The position numbers were made by a program, and so were the translations under genes. The notes under the pieces are model-generated. The model made no database searches. It was not told the DNA's origin and saw only the letters and a list, made by a program, of their open reading frames with translations. This document shows, one piece after another, positions 20,197-30,694 of a stretch of 64,000 nt of DNA (positions are counted from its first letter, which is position 1; each line of letters starts with the position of its first letter). The DNA lies in assembly GCA_963718615.1 (NCBI GenBank), contig OY970368.1, positions 32,001-96,000 on the forward strand, in the 5' to 3' direction. Origin of the DNA: an uncultured cyanobacterium (GTDB lineage: Bacteria; Cyanobacteriota; Cyanobacteriia; PCC-9006; JAAUQQ01).

Positions 20197-21699
20197 TTGA
20201 GCGTCTTTAGCGAGCGCAACCCCGCAATGAGTTTTTCTTCTGCCACGCCCCTGCTCATCAAGCCTGACCCTACTCTCAAAGGAGGGCTACAAGCGGTCCT
20301 CCGCAGCCTCGATGTCCAGCTAGAGGACGAACTCACGCGCTATCGGCGACAGAAACGCAAGCTCGCCCAGGCGGAAACTTCCTCTCCGTCCGAGCGTCAA
20401 CCCCGTCCAACTCAGGTGACAACCGCACGAGAGGCGATCGCCGATTTGAATGCGATCGCGGCCCAAGTCCCAACCGCGTCAACCCCGGCCATATCCGCGA
20501 CAACGGCTCAGCCCCAGCCTGCAATCACGACCCTTGGCAGCCTTGGCAATGTTCCCCTCCACTCCAGCCTGGTCAAAGTTGCCGAGCCCCGCGAAGCCTC
20601 TGCTCAATCTCATCCTCCGAGCCCGACGAGTAGCGGTGTTAGTACGAGTACAGATAGTCAGAATAAAGACAGTCAGAGCAAAGACAGTCTGGGTGAAGTG
20701 CCGGTCGATGACTATTTTGCCTCTTCCGCTGCGCTGCTTGAAAGTTTGGCTGCCGAGGAAGAGTTAACCGCCAACGCGGGCGATCGCACCACCGCCCCAA
20801 ACGCAACCAGCCCCTTCCTCGACAAAATGATGACTCCCGCCGGGGTCGGGGCGTCTTTGCTGCTCTTGCTGGGCAGCGCCACAGCGGGCTATTTGATCCT
20901 CCATCCGGAAAGTCTCGACCATCTGCACCTCGCAGCGCTCCTACCGGATCCCACCATCAACGCGGGGGCTCCAGCTTCGACATCCTCGGTCCAGCCTCAG
21001 GTTGTCAATCCCAAGCTTCCCCCCGGTTCACCGGATTTGAGCCAAAAGGAATTTGTCGACCTCAATCTCAGCAACCTCAGCATCATCGACCCCAATGGTG
21101 AACTAAAGCAGTCACCCATGCTCACCTCATCGGCGTTGCCTTTGGCGATCGCCCCCCAGCAATTCATGATGGCTCCAGGGGGTCTTGGGCAAGCTGGGAT
21201 AGCTGCCGGGATATCTGCCGGGACACCTGCGATCGTTCCCCCAAGCCCAAACCCAACGGCCCCTCAATCCGGCCTGCTCTCCAATCTTGCCAATTCGGTC
21301 GCCGGTCAATCTCCAGTCCAAGTCGCGACGCCCATCCCGCTGCCTTCGGTCATTCCCCCAGCCCCCACGGCAGCGTTGCCCCAATTGCCCTCTATCCCCC
21401 CGGCAGCCCCAGTTCAGCCCGCTCCACCGGCACAGACCGCTAGTCCAGCGGCTCCAAAAGCCGTGACAACGCCAAAAGCCGAGGGCAAAGCTCAGGGACA
21501 AACCTACGTAGTTTTTGCCCCCTACACCAGCGACCTGACCCTCAGCCAAATTCAGCAAATTGTCCCGGATGCCTATCTCAATGACACGGAGTCTGGCACT
21601 CAAATCCAGGCAGGCGTGTTTGAGGATGCCGACACCGCGAACTCCCTGGCCGACCAACTACAGCGGGAAGGGATCGAGGCCTCGGTCAGCCGCCGCTAG
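20197..21699 (+). CDS. Membrane-anchored Pro-rich protein with C-terminal SPOR-like domain
   Basis: SLDVQLEDELTRYRRQ N-terminus, one TM helix, and C-terminal IVPDAY...IQAGVF...LQREGI. Confidence 0.75.
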   Translation: MSVFSERNPAMSFSSATPLLIKPDPTLKGGLQAVLRSLDVQLEDELTRYRRQKRKLAQAETSSPSERQPRPTQVTTAREAIADLNAIAAQVPTASTPAISATTAQPQPAITTLGSLGNVPLHSSLVKVAEPREASAQSHPPSPTSSGVSTSTDSQNKDSQSKDSLGEVPVDDYFASSAALLESLAAEEELTANAGDRTTAPNATSPFLDKMMTPAGVGASLLLLLGSATAGYLILHPESLDHLHLAALLPDPTINAGAPASTSSVQPQVVNPKLPPGSPDLSQKEFVDLNLSNLSIIDPNGELKQSPMLTSSALPLAIAPQQFMMAPGGLGQAGIAAGISAGTPAIVPPSPNPTAPQSGLLSNLANSVAGQSPVQVATPIPLPSVIPPAPTAALPQLPSIPPAAPVQPAPPAQTASPAAPKAVTTPKAEGKAQGQTYVVFAPYTSDLTLSQIQQIVPDAYLNDTESGTQIQAGVFEDADTANSLADQLQREGIEASVSRR

Positions 21700-21770
21700 G
21701 GCTCCCGGATCGCGACCGAAAGAACAGGCCATAATGGAGCCAGTCAAACGCAAAGCGCGGGCGTGAAACT

Positions 21771-22481
21771 ATGGGCTTGATGGATCGGATGGGGCGGGTC
21801 GTACGGGCACAGATTACCCAATGGGTGGTGCAGGCCGAAGATCCGGAGCGATTGCTCGAACAAACCGTTCAGGAGATGCAGGATGATTTAATCCAGCTTC
21901 GGCAGGCGGTGGCTCAGGCGATCGCCACCCACAAACGCACAGAACGTCAGTTTATCCAGGCCCAAGCCCACGCCGACGAATGGCATCGTCGTGCCCATCT
22001 GGCTCTCCACAATGGCAACGAAGGACTGGCGCGGGAGGCTCTGGCCAAGCGTCAGTTTTACTTGACTACAGCCAAGACCTTAGGAGAACAGTTGCACCAA
22101 CACCGGGCAGTGGTAACCCAGATCAAACAAAGCACCCAGCACATGGAGCTGCAATTGGCCGAGGCCAAGACCAAAAGAGATATGTATCTGGCACGGGCTC
22201 GGTCTGCCCAGGCGACAAGCCGCCTCAAGGAGCGGTTGACCCCTGACAATCCCCTCGGGACAGCGGCGGTGTTTGAGCGTATGGAAGCCAGGGTTTTGGA
22301 GCTAGAGGCCGAGGCGGAGTTAATTCAGGAACGGGGGCGCGATCGCCTCACAGAGCAATTTAGGGTTTTAGAAGAGCAGCAGACGATCGATCAGGAACTC
22401 GAAGCCCTGCGCCATCAGCCCCCACCGGCCAGTGGGATAACCGAACTCAACGAGTCCGCATTCCGGAACTCGCCATCCTGA
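21771..22481 (+). CDS. pspA: PspA/IM30 family protein
   Basis: MGLMDRMGRVVRA, EDPERLLEQ, FERMEARV. Confidence 0.85.
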   Translation: MGLMDRMGRVVRAQITQWVVQAEDPERLLEQTVQEMQDDLIQLRQAVAQAIATHKRTERQFIQAQAHADEWHRRAHLALHNGNEGLAREALAKRQFYLTTAKTLGEQLHQHRAVVTQIKQSTQHMELQLAEAKTKRDMYLARARSAQATSRLKERLTPDNPLGTAAVFERMEARVLELEAEAELIQERGRDRLTEQFRVLEEQQTIDQELEALRHQPPPASGITELNESAFRNSPS

Positions 22482-22538
22482 GGGTGAAGCGACTAAACTA
22501 GAACGTAACTGCTTGCTACAGGATTAAAACTTACCGTC

Positions 22539-23315
22539 ATGGGACTCTTTGACCGTATTAGCCGCGTTGTCCGCGCCAACTTGAACGACATTGTGAGTAA
22601 GGCTGAGGATCCGGAAAAGGTCCTTGAGCAGTCCGTGATTGATATGCAAGAAGACTTGATTCAGCTTCGGCAGGCGGTGGCCCAGTCCATTGCCAGTACG
22701 AAGCGAACCGAGCAGCAGTATAACCAAAATCAATCCCAAGCCAATAGCTGGCAGCAACGGGCTCAATTAGCCTTACAAAAGGGCGATGAAACCTTAGCTA
22801 GACAGGCCCTTGAGCGGAAAAAAGGCTACGCCGACACCGCCAATAGCCTCAAAGTTCAGCTCGATCAGCAAAGTGGTCAGGTGGACACGCTCAAACGCAG
22901 CCTCATTGCCCTAGAGGGCAAGATTTCTGAGGCGAAGACCAAGAAAAATATGCTCAAGGCCCGTGCCCAAGCGGCCAAGGCCCAAGAGCAACTGCAATCG
23001 GCAGTGGGCAACCTGGGGACGAGCACTGCCATGGGTGCCTTTGAGCGCATGGAAGAGAAGGTGCTCAACATGGAAGCGCGAGCCCAGGCGGCGGGCGAGC
23101 TGGGTAGGGCCGATTTGGAAAGTCAGTTTGCGAGCCTGGAAGCCGGTAGCGATGTGGAAGATGAGCTTGAAGCCATGAAGCGTCAGCTCAGCGGTGCCTC
23201 TCCGGCCCAATCGGCCTTACCTGCGGCGGAAACCCCGATTACGGATACCCCTGCCCAATCCTCGGCGGTGGATGCGGAGCTCGAAGCGCTTAAGCAACAA
23301 TTGGATAATCTTTAG
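22539..23315 (+). CDS. vipp1: Vipp1/IM30
   Basis: MGLFDRISRVVRANLN, AEDPEKVLEQ, and the extra C-terminal helix VDAELEALKQQLDNL. Confidence 0.92.
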   Translation: MGLFDRISRVVRANLNDIVSKAEDPEKVLEQSVIDMQEDLIQLRQAVAQSIASTKRTEQQYNQNQSQANSWQQRAQLALQKGDETLARQALERKKGYADTANSLKVQLDQQSGQVDTLKRSLIALEGKISEAKTKKNMLKARAQAAKAQEQLQSAVGNLGTSTAMGAFERMEEKVLNMEARAQAAGELGRADLESQFASLEAGSDVEDELEAMKRQLSGASPAQSALPAAETPITDTPAQSSAVDAELEALKQQLDNL

Positions 23316-23413
23316 GGGATTTAGTGGATAATCCCTAGAAGCATCCTAAAGAAGCTGTTCTGTGGGGGTCGGAATTTCCGACCCCTTAGTTATTTTTCGC
23401 GCCTCAGCTTGAT

Positions 23414-25162
23414 CTAATATTGGCTGCCCGATTTGCGATGATTCAGTGCCGTCACGCCATTCGCTTCCAAAACACTCCCAGCCTCCGTCAATGCATAGAG
23501 CAACCAATGATCTCCACAATCCATTCGGTCTTTCACCGTGCATTCTAAATAGGCCAAGGCATCTTTCAAAAAGGGGCTCCCATTTTCTGCCCAGTCCCAC
23601 TCAATTCCCTCAAACCGATCCACGCCGGGACGAGGGGGCTTTTGGAAGTGTCGTTGCAACTGCGTATTGCTTTGTTTTAGAACATTAATGACAAACTGGG
23701 CACCGGGTTCTTCTAAGGTTTCCGGAAACCCTTCCTTCGGGACCGTCACCGTCACAGCCGGTGGACTAAAGGCCGCCTGGGAAATCCAAGCGGTTAGCAG
23801 CCCTAATTTTGTATCCTGCTTGAGTGCTGCTGTCAGCACGCAGAGTGACCCCGTCACCCGACCTACGGCTTGACTGGTGCGATCGCTCTTGCCCTCCACC
23901 GCCATTTGCCGAGGCGTCACGGCCTTTTTCTTGGCCCGCTGCACAGCGAGAACGAACTGCTCACCCGCATCCTCACACTGCTTCAAAACCTCATCCGTCG
24001 GCGCAAATTTGACGCGAATCGTCTCGAACCCCAGTTGATAGCCAGCGTCTTGGAATTTGCTTTCGAGCATGTCCACCGCCTCACCGCTCCAGCCAAAGGA
24101 CCCAAAGACTCCGGCCAGCTTGGTTTTGTTAGCGGTCGACAGAATAATGCCCAAGGCCGTCTGAATTTGGGTCGGGGCATGGCCTGCCAAGGTTGGAGAA
24201 CCCACGACAAAACCATCACAGCGCTCGATCGCCCGCTGAATTTCCTCGGGGCTGGAAAACTCACAGTTGACGGTTTCCACCGACGCCCCGGAATCCGTGA
24301 TGCCCTTGGCGATCGCCTGACCCACCGCCGCCGTGTTGCCATAGGCCGACGTGTATAGCACCGCCACATGGACATCCAAGGACTGCTGCTGTTCGCACCA
24401 CTGGCGATAATCCATTTTTAGGCGGCTGAGGCTATTGCGCACCATGGGGCCATGGGCCGGGGCATAGACCTTGGCGCGAAGGGGTAGCAGCCCTTGCAAC
24501 GCCGCCTCAACCTGTCCGGCCTGGGCCGCATGAATACTATTGAAGTAATAGCGTCGATCTTCAGAAAAATCGCGCCAGTGCTCGTCAAAGACATCCTCTC
24601 CACACAGATGTGCCCCAAAGAATTTGTCGGTGAAGAGAATCCGCGACGCCGGGTCGTAGGTACAGAGCATATCTGGCCAGCGGGGCGTCGGCACAAAGAA
24701 AAATTGCAGTTCGTGCCCCTCGCCCAAGTCTAGGGTGTCCCCGTCGCGCACTGTGCGGATTTTGCTGTGAAATTCCTCCGGCAGCGTCTCCATGAGGGTA
24801 TTCGCCGCTGGCTTCGAGCAGACCAACGTCGCGTAGGTGGCCACCTTCAACAGCTTTTGCAGCGTCACCAAGCGATTGGGATTCACATGGCTCAGGATGA
24901 TGTAATAGAGCCGTTGATAGTACTGAAGCTCCTGAAGTTCATCCAGGAATACGTCTGTAAACGACTCTCCCGGCGGATCCAGCAGCGCCACCTCCCGCGC
25001 CTGAATGAGATAGGAATTAGCGGTGGTTCCCCGCTGACGGGCGTACTCGATTTCAAATTTGAGGCGATCCCAGGTGCGCGATCGCAAAACCAGCGTTTCT
25101 GCGCCGATCGAAGCAACCTGGACATCACGCTGTTTTTGGGGAGTGGAGGGAGCTACGGTCAT
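23414..25162 (-). CDS. Class C flavodiiron (diflavin) protein, Flv1/Flv2-type
   Basis: Beta-lactamase-like, flavodoxin (SAYGNT, GSFGWSGEA) and flavin reductase (GDHW) domains, with non-canonical HVNPNR. Confidence 0.9.
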   Translation of the reverse strand: MTVAPSTPQKQRDVQVASIGAETLVLRSRTWDRLKFEIEYARQRGTTANSYLIQAREVALLDPPGESFTDVFLDELQELQYYQRLYYIILSHVNPNRLVTLQKLLKVATYATLVCSKPAANTLMETLPEEFHSKIRTVRDGDTLDLGEGHELQFFFVPTPRWPDMLCTYDPASRILFTDKFFGAHLCGEDVFDEHWRDFSEDRRYYFNSIHAAQAGQVEAALQGLLPLRAKVYAPAHGPMVRNSLSRLKMDYRQWCEQQQSLDVHVAVLYTSAYGNTAAVGQAIAKGITDSGASVETVNCEFSSPEEIQRAIERCDGFVVGSPTLAGHAPTQIQTALGIILSTANKTKLAGVFGSFGWSGEAVDMLESKFQDAGYQLGFETIRVKFAPTDEVLKQCEDAGEQFVLAVQRAKKKAVTPRQMAVEGKSDRTSQAVGRVTGSLCVLTAALKQDTKLGLLTAWISQAAFSPPAVTVTVPKEGFPETLEEPGAQFVINVLKQSNTQLQRHFQKPPRPGVDRFEGIEWDWAENGSPFLKDALAYLECTVKDRMDCGDHWLLYALTEAGSVLEANGVTALNHRKSGSQY

Positions 25163-25697
25163 AGCGGCACCAATGGGGGTGAAGACATCTTGCTCTGATC
25201 GTGCCATGAATCGCGAGCGACGGGGAGAGGAGATGGCGACGACGGGGAGCCCAGCGGACCGGCCAAACCTCTAGGGAAGGCCTCGCGCAAATACTGAGGT
25301 GCATGTAATTTAATTTTCAAAGTCATTCAAATAAAAACAACTATTCCTCAGCAGAAACAATTTAATTCATACAAAGTTCAGAATTATTCAGGCTGCGTTT
25401 TGGGTTTTGAAAAACCAGGCCTATATTGCCATTAACGGTTGACTACTCTGTGCTTTTACGGAATTAGTTGAAATCCTGCGGAAAAAATATTTTTAATTTA
25501 ATACTTGAAGCTTAAGTGAAGTCGCGGAGATCAGTGGCCAGTGTATTTTTTGCACAGTAACATCACTGACAAGGAGTCACGAATGAGCTGAATTGATTCG
25601 GTCAATTAAGCCCCATTGAGATTAAGCCTAAATCGGTGTGTTTTTGCCGCTGTCACATGAACTGGGCGATCGCGGTTAACTTTGAGCGAAGGAAATT

Positions 25698-28598
25698 ATG
25701 AGTACTACTAATTCCACAGAAAATTCCACAGAAACAACGCTATTGATTGGTGATTTAGACGGCTTAGATTGGTCTGCTATTTTGAACGATTTATTCGTTA
25801 GCTTGGGGCAGCTAGGGGGACTTAATGGACTGGCGATCGCAGCGAATTTGCCTGGACAGGTCTTGACTTCAACAACAGACACAGTACCCACAATCCCCTC
25901 ACCAGGCAGTTCAACAACCGTTGCGACGACTGCCCCCCTGGCCGTCAATACAATCCCTGAAATTCCTGGACTACCGGCCATTGACTATCCCAATTTAGTT
26001 ACCAGTATTTTGGCTGGGCTGGGATTACCGCCGGAGGTTTTGGCCCTGATCGATGCAGGCGCGGCGCTAGAACTCTGGAGTAATCCCCAGCTATTGTCCT
26101 TGCTGAGTGAGAATCCAGATCTATTAGGATTTCTCGCTGCGAATCCCGATCTAGTCAGCTTGCTAGGAGAAATTCCAGGCGTTTTAGAGTTTGTTTCTGC
26201 AAACCCTGATCTCTTAAATTTCCTCATTGCTAATCCAGAGCTTTTAGGAGGTCTCTTAGAAAATCCTGACCTGCTCAATCTGGTTTTTGAGAATTCCAAT
26301 CTGCTTGACTTAGTGATTGCCAATCCGGGATTGCTGAGCCTTGTACAGGCCAATCCCGATGTTTTGACATTGCTCACATCTAATGCCAATTTGTTGGGCC
26401 TAGTCACGCAAAATCCCCAGGTTCTTAGTCTGATCACTGCCAATCCTAGTTTATTGGGCTTAGCGACCCAAAACCCTCAGTTACTCGGTGCAATTGTTAC
26501 TAATCCCAATCTCTTAGGGGTAGTACAACAAAGTCCAGAATTATTGGGTGCGATTGTGGCCAACCCCAGCCTCTTAGGACTGGCTCAGGATCCACAATTG
26601 CTTAGCTTTATCGCCGCCAATCCGTCCCTCTTACAGGGCTTGGCGAGCGGTACGTTGAGCCTGAACGATGCTTTAGCGCTGCTTAATTCTCAACAACAAC
26701 CCGTTGACCCGCAACCTGTCGACCCGCAACCCGTCGACCCACAACCTGTCGACCCACAACCTGTTGATCCGCAACCCGTCGACCCGCAACCTGTTGATCC
26801 GCAACCTGTTGACCCACAACCTGTTGATCCGCAACCTGTTGACCCACAACCTGTTGACTCTCAGCTCCTAATTTCTCCAGAAACTCAGCCGTCAGATCCG
26901 CTCCCCAGCACCCCATCTAGCGAGACTCCGGTCACCGACCCGGTTTCTCCGCCCCAAACGGAGAGTCTTGTAACGCCAACGGTGCCGACTCTGGATATTC
27001 TGGCCCTAGTGGGCAGCATTTTGGAAGGCTTTGGCGTTCCCCTAGAACTCCTGACCAATAGCCTTGACCCCAACACCTGGCTGAATTTGCTAGATACCCC
27101 CGAGATTGTTGATACGCTCCTAGATGGCAGTTTGGGCTTAGACGAGATCCTCAATTTGCTCAATCTCACCCCTGAACCTCCGGTGATTCCCCCGACCGAG
27201 CCCCCATCGCCCCCCGTGGTTCAACCGCAACCTACAGCGATCGCAGGGTCCGGCGATCTCTACGGAACCAGTGCTCCGGAAGCATTCACATCCACCGGCA
27301 ACAACGTCACGATTGTGGCGGAGGAAGGCCAAAACACCGTCAATGCAACTGGCCAAAACGTCACAGTCTATGGCGGAGCGGCGGCGGATACGATCAATAT
27401 CGTCAACGGCACCGTGTTTGCGGGCGAAGGCGTCAACGCAGTGACTGCAACCGGTGGTCCGAGTGTTGTCTACGGAGGAGCCGCTGCGGACACCATTCGG
27501 CTGGCCTCAGGCAATAACTTTGTCTTTGCGGGCGAAGGACAGAATAACGTGGTCACCGGCAATGGTAACGATACGGTTTACACCGGGGCTGCGGCAGATG
27601 TGATTGTGACTGGCGGGGGCGACGACCAAATCTATGCTGGGGAAGGTAACAACTACATTGATGCTGGCACAGGATTAAATACGGTCTACAGCGGCTCCGG
27701 GGCTGACACCTTTGTGCTCAATAGTGGAGGTGCAACTAAGGTCATGAGCTTTGGTGGGGGCGATCGCGTCTTCACCAACGGATTGTCAGTCACCACCCGC
27801 GTGGTCAACGGCAGTACGATTATTCGGTCTGGTAGCAATGACCTGATGCAGTTGGTCAATTTCACAGGGTCTGTGAATTTCGTCACGACGACATCAACAC
27901 CTGGTGGAACCAGCAGCAGTGGAGCCAGCGGTGCCGCTAGTAGTGCCAGCAACTCTAGTGGTACAACGCTTACAGGCTCCAGTGGTCCAGACAACTTCAC
28001 GATCGCTGTCGACAATGTCACTGTGCTAGCAGGTGAAGGCCAAAACACAATCACCGCAACGGGCCGAAATCTGACGGTCTATGGAGGGGCCGCAGCGGAT
28101 AGCATCACGATGGTGAACGGTACGGTTTATGCCGGTGAAGGGCAAAACACCGTTCTGGCTAGCGGGGGGTCCAGTACTGTCTACGGGGGTGCGGCGGCGG
28201 ATCGGATTAGTCTAGCATCGGGCGATAACCTGGTCTATGCCGGTGAAGGGGTCAATACCATTCAAACCGGCGGGGGCGATGACCTGATTTTTGCGGGCGC
28301 AGCGGCGGATACGATCCGCTCGGGCGGGGGCAATGATGTCATCTACGCAGGAGATGGCAATAACTTCATCGATGCGGGCTCGGGCTTCAATCAGGTCTAT
28401 AGCGGTTCCGGCGTGGATACGTTCGTGCTGAATGGCAGCGGCATGACTCAGTTGATGAGCTATGGTGCGGTCGATCGCATCCAAACCAACGGACTCACTG
28501 CCGCTAGCCGCGTGGTCGGTGCAGACACTTTGATTAGCGCCAATGGAGTCGATGTGATGACGCTGAGCGGGTTTACCGGGGCGGTGAACTTCATCTAG
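25698..28598 (+). CDS. Large repeat protein: NPxLL helical repeats, PVDPQ linker and duplicated RTX-like beta-roll domains
   Basis: 966-aa ORF with repeats GGAAADTI / AGEGQNTV / GSGADTFVL and no obvious Sec signal. Confidence 0.85.
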   Translation: MSTTNSTENSTETTLLIGDLDGLDWSAILNDLFVSLGQLGGLNGLAIAANLPGQVLTSTTDTVPTIPSPGSSTTVATTAPLAVNTIPEIPGLPAIDYPNLVTSILAGLGLPPEVLALIDAGAALELWSNPQLLSLLSENPDLLGFLAANPDLVSLLGEIPGVLEFVSANPDLLNFLIANPELLGGLLENPDLLNLVFENSNLLDLVIANPGLLSLVQANPDVLTLLTSNANLLGLVTQNPQVLSLITANPSLLGLATQNPQLLGAIVTNPNLLGVVQQSPELLGAIVANPSLLGLAQDPQLLSFIAANPSLLQGLASGTLSLNDALALLNSQQQPVDPQPVDPQPVDPQPVDPQPVDPQPVDPQPVDPQPVDPQPVDPQPVDPQPVDSQLLISPETQPSDPLPSTPSSETPVTDPVSPPQTESLVTPTVPTLDILALVGSILEGFGVPLELLTNSLDPNTWLNLLDTPEIVDTLLDGSLGLDEILNLLNLTPEPPVIPPTEPPSPPVVQPQPTAIAGSGDLYGTSAPEAFTSTGNNVTIVAEEGQNTVNATGQNVTVYGGAAADTINIVNGTVFAGEGVNAVTATGGPSVVYGGAAADTIRLASGNNFVFAGEGQNNVVTGNGNDTVYTGAAADVIVTGGGDDQIYAGEGNNYIDAGTGLNTVYSGSGADTFVLNSGGATKVMSFGGGDRVFTNGLSVTTRVVNGSTIIRSGSNDLMQLVNFTGSVNFVTTTSTPGGTSSSGASGAASSASNSSGTTLTGSSGPDNFTIAVDNVTVLAGEGQNTITATGRNLTVYGGAAADSITMVNGTVYAGEGQNTVLASGGSSTVYGGAAADRISLASGDNLVYAGEGVNTIQTGGGDDLIFAGAAADTIRSGGGNDVIYAGDGNNFIDAGSGFNQVYSGSGVDTFVLNGSGMTQLMSYGAVDRIQTNGLTAASRVVGADTLISANGVDVMTLSGFTGAVNFI
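26697..26861 (+). repeat. 15-bp coding tandem repeat x11 (PVDPQ)
   Basis: Repeated CAACCYGTYGAYCCR units. Confidence 0.95.
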
Positions 28599-28655
28599 TC
28601 AGAGAATCTAGTCACAGACGACTCTGTCCAATTTTGTAACGTCAACTCAAGCTTT

Positions 28656-28712
28656 GCCCTTGATGATCTCGGATGCTGAAGGCAGCGATCGCGATCGGTC
28701 AAGGGCTTTTTT
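28656..28712 (+). terminator. Hairpin plus U-tract between convergent genes
   Basis: GCCCTTGAT...GTCAAGGGC followed by TTTTTT. Confidence 0.5.
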
Positions 28713-28748
28713 ACCGAGGTCTATTACCGAAGTCGAAATCACCCGCCG

Positions 28749-30416
28749 CTAAATCACCACATCCACCTCCCGACCCCAGGCCAGCGCTTGCCGCACCGCA
28801 GCATCGGCATTAACCATCCCACTGCCGGTGTAGAGGTCGTAGCCAGGGGTGCTCAAATCCACGGCGGTTTGGCTGAGAATTTGCTTCACCTCCGCTGCGG
28901 TCAAGGTCGGATTGGCACTCCACACCAGCGAAGCCACGCCCGTGACGTTCGGCGTAGCAGCAGAGGTACCGTTGAACAAGGTCTGAGTCCCAAAGCCCTG
29001 CCAGCCCGTGTTGGCGGCAATCACCTCCGATGGACCCATCAGCGTCAACCCCTGACCGTACTGCGAGCCCCAGAAATCTGAATATTCGATGCGATCGCCC
29101 GGTGTACGCTCATTGCCAAACATATCCGTCTCTCCCCAGGACGCCCCCACCGCAATCACATTGTCGTAGGTTGCCGCCAAGAATGCCGGGGAAGATAATC
29201 CTTCAATGCCCAAATCCCCATCGTTCCCAGCGGCGATGACAAACAGCACATTGGGATGACTGGCGACAACGGCCTCAAAGGCTGGGTCAAAGCTTTCATT
29301 AAAGCTCTGGGGCACCCCCAAGCTCATGTTGATCACCAACTGCTGTCCTTGGCTGGCGGCCTCGTCGATCATCACCTGGGTGGCTTCCGCCAAGCTCAAA
29401 TCCCCCCATTCACCGCCCAAAACATCGATATTAAACACGGGGGATTGCCAATTAATTCCGCTCATTTGTTCGCCATTATTGCTATTGGCAGCGATGATGC
29501 TTTGCACAGCGGTGCCGTGGCTGTAGCCCCCTAGATAGGACTCATCTCTGGCCTGACTGCCCAGGGTATCCGTCGGGCGCAGGTCGGTGTGGGTTGAGCC
29601 AAAGCGGTAAGTCAAGCCCGTGTCTTCAATGCCCACCAGAACCTGATCGCTGCCGGTGGTAAATCGCCAAGCATTGTGAACGCCCATCATGTGCAGATTC
29701 CACTGGTCCCCAAATAGCGGATCATTGGGTTCGACAAACAGGTCCAGCGTCAAATCCCCAAAGATGACGCTGTCGATGCCCTCGAAGAGCACTTGGGAAC
29801 CGTTGTCGAAGGCGATCGCATCAAACACCCGCGCTCCATTGCCTGGATCAAACACCACCCCGCTTGTGGCGCTGGCCGGATTGAAGCTCACCGCTGAAAA
29901 CAAAAAACTGGAGAGGTCGAGGGTATCCCTTGCTCCTTCACCAAAGTCAACGTTGCCGTTACCGGACACCAGCGTCAGCGCGACCGTAGGGTCGATCGTG
30001 AAGGTGTCGGCGCTGAGGGTCCCGCTCCAAGCTTGGAAGGTAGGGGCAGCGTCCGTTGCGATCGCCTCAGTCTCTGCCGCTGGACCGACGAGTTGGGTGG
30101 AGTTGCCCAAGAGAGAATCTAGCGATGAGGACCGGTTTTCTAGGGTTGCTTGGTTTTCTGGGGTTGGAGGCAGGAGGCGATCGCGCAGGATTCCCGTCAG
30201 GTCCTGGGCATCTAGATCGCCTCCCATTGAACGTTCTTGCCAGCCCCTCCAAACACTCGCCGCCTCCGCAAAGAGCAATCCCTGGGGAGCATCCAGCGGC
30301 TGATTCAACATCCCATAGGGATTGGCAGAACGATCGGGGGTTGAAAAATCGCGGGTCGAAAAATCGAGGTTAGCTGGGCTCAAACTGGCCCCGGCCCAAT
30401 CCAAGGTTTTCAGCAT
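28749..30416 (-). CDS. S8 (subtilisin-like) serine peptidase
   Basis: Catalytic triad EDTG, SHGT, GTSAATP; also AAGN. Confidence 0.92.
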   Translation of the reverse strand: MLKTLDWAGASLSPANLDFSTRDFSTPDRSANPYGMLNQPLDAPQGLLFAEAASVWRGWQERSMGGDLDAQDLTGILRDRLLPPTPENQATLENRSSSLDSLLGNSTQLVGPAAETEAIATDAAPTFQAWSGTLSADTFTIDPTVALTLVSGNGNVDFGEGARDTLDLSSFLFSAVSFNPASATSGVVFDPGNGARVFDAIAFDNGSQVLFEGIDSVIFGDLTLDLFVEPNDPLFGDQWNLHMMGVHNAWRFTTGSDQVLVGIEDTGLTYRFGSTHTDLRPTDTLGSQARDESYLGGYSHGTAVQSIIAANSNNGEQMSGINWQSPVFNIDVLGGEWGDLSLAEATQVMIDEAASQGQQLVINMSLGVPQSFNESFDPAFEAVVASHPNVLFVIAAGNDGDLGIEGLSSPAFLAATYDNVIAVGASWGETDMFGNERTPGDRIEYSDFWGSQYGQGLTLMGPSEVIAANTGWQGFGTQTLFNGTSAATPNVTGVASLVWSANPTLTAAEVKQILSQTAVDLSTPGYDLYTGSGMVNADAAVRQALAWGREVDVVI

Positions 30417-30508
30417 CGGTAAGTTGTGTGAGCATGAAGGACACAGTCTCCAAGCAAGCAGAGATCTCGATGGGTCTCTCTGCGGCCTGAGGCACTGAGC
30501 AACTGCCT

Positions 30509-30522
30509 GTAACAGTGCTTAC
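30509..30522. promoter_or_regulatory. Possible NtcA box GTA-N8-TAC upstream of the S8 peptidase
   Basis: GTAACAGTGCTTAC, about 95 bp upstream of the start. Short motif that may be chance. Confidence 0.3.
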
Positions 30523-30694
30523 CAGTTCATCGCTCGGAAGGTAGGATTTTATTCATTCATGGAGTAAATGGATCAATTTTGAAGAGGTGGATGTTCTCCT
30601 AGGGCAAACATCGCTCGTCGCAGATTCATAACCCCCAAGCGATTCATCCTCAATTCACTGACCGTAGCCCGTCCCGTTGGGCTAACATCTTAGC

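Noticed and set aside
21771-23315. Tandem pspA/vipp1 as a novelty
   Set aside because: This is a common arrangement in cyanobacteria.
26697-26861. Repeat array as a possible CRISPR
   Set aside because: Contiguous 15-bp coding repeats with no spacers and no cas genes. No CRISPR, tRNA or rRNA was recognised anywhere in the window.
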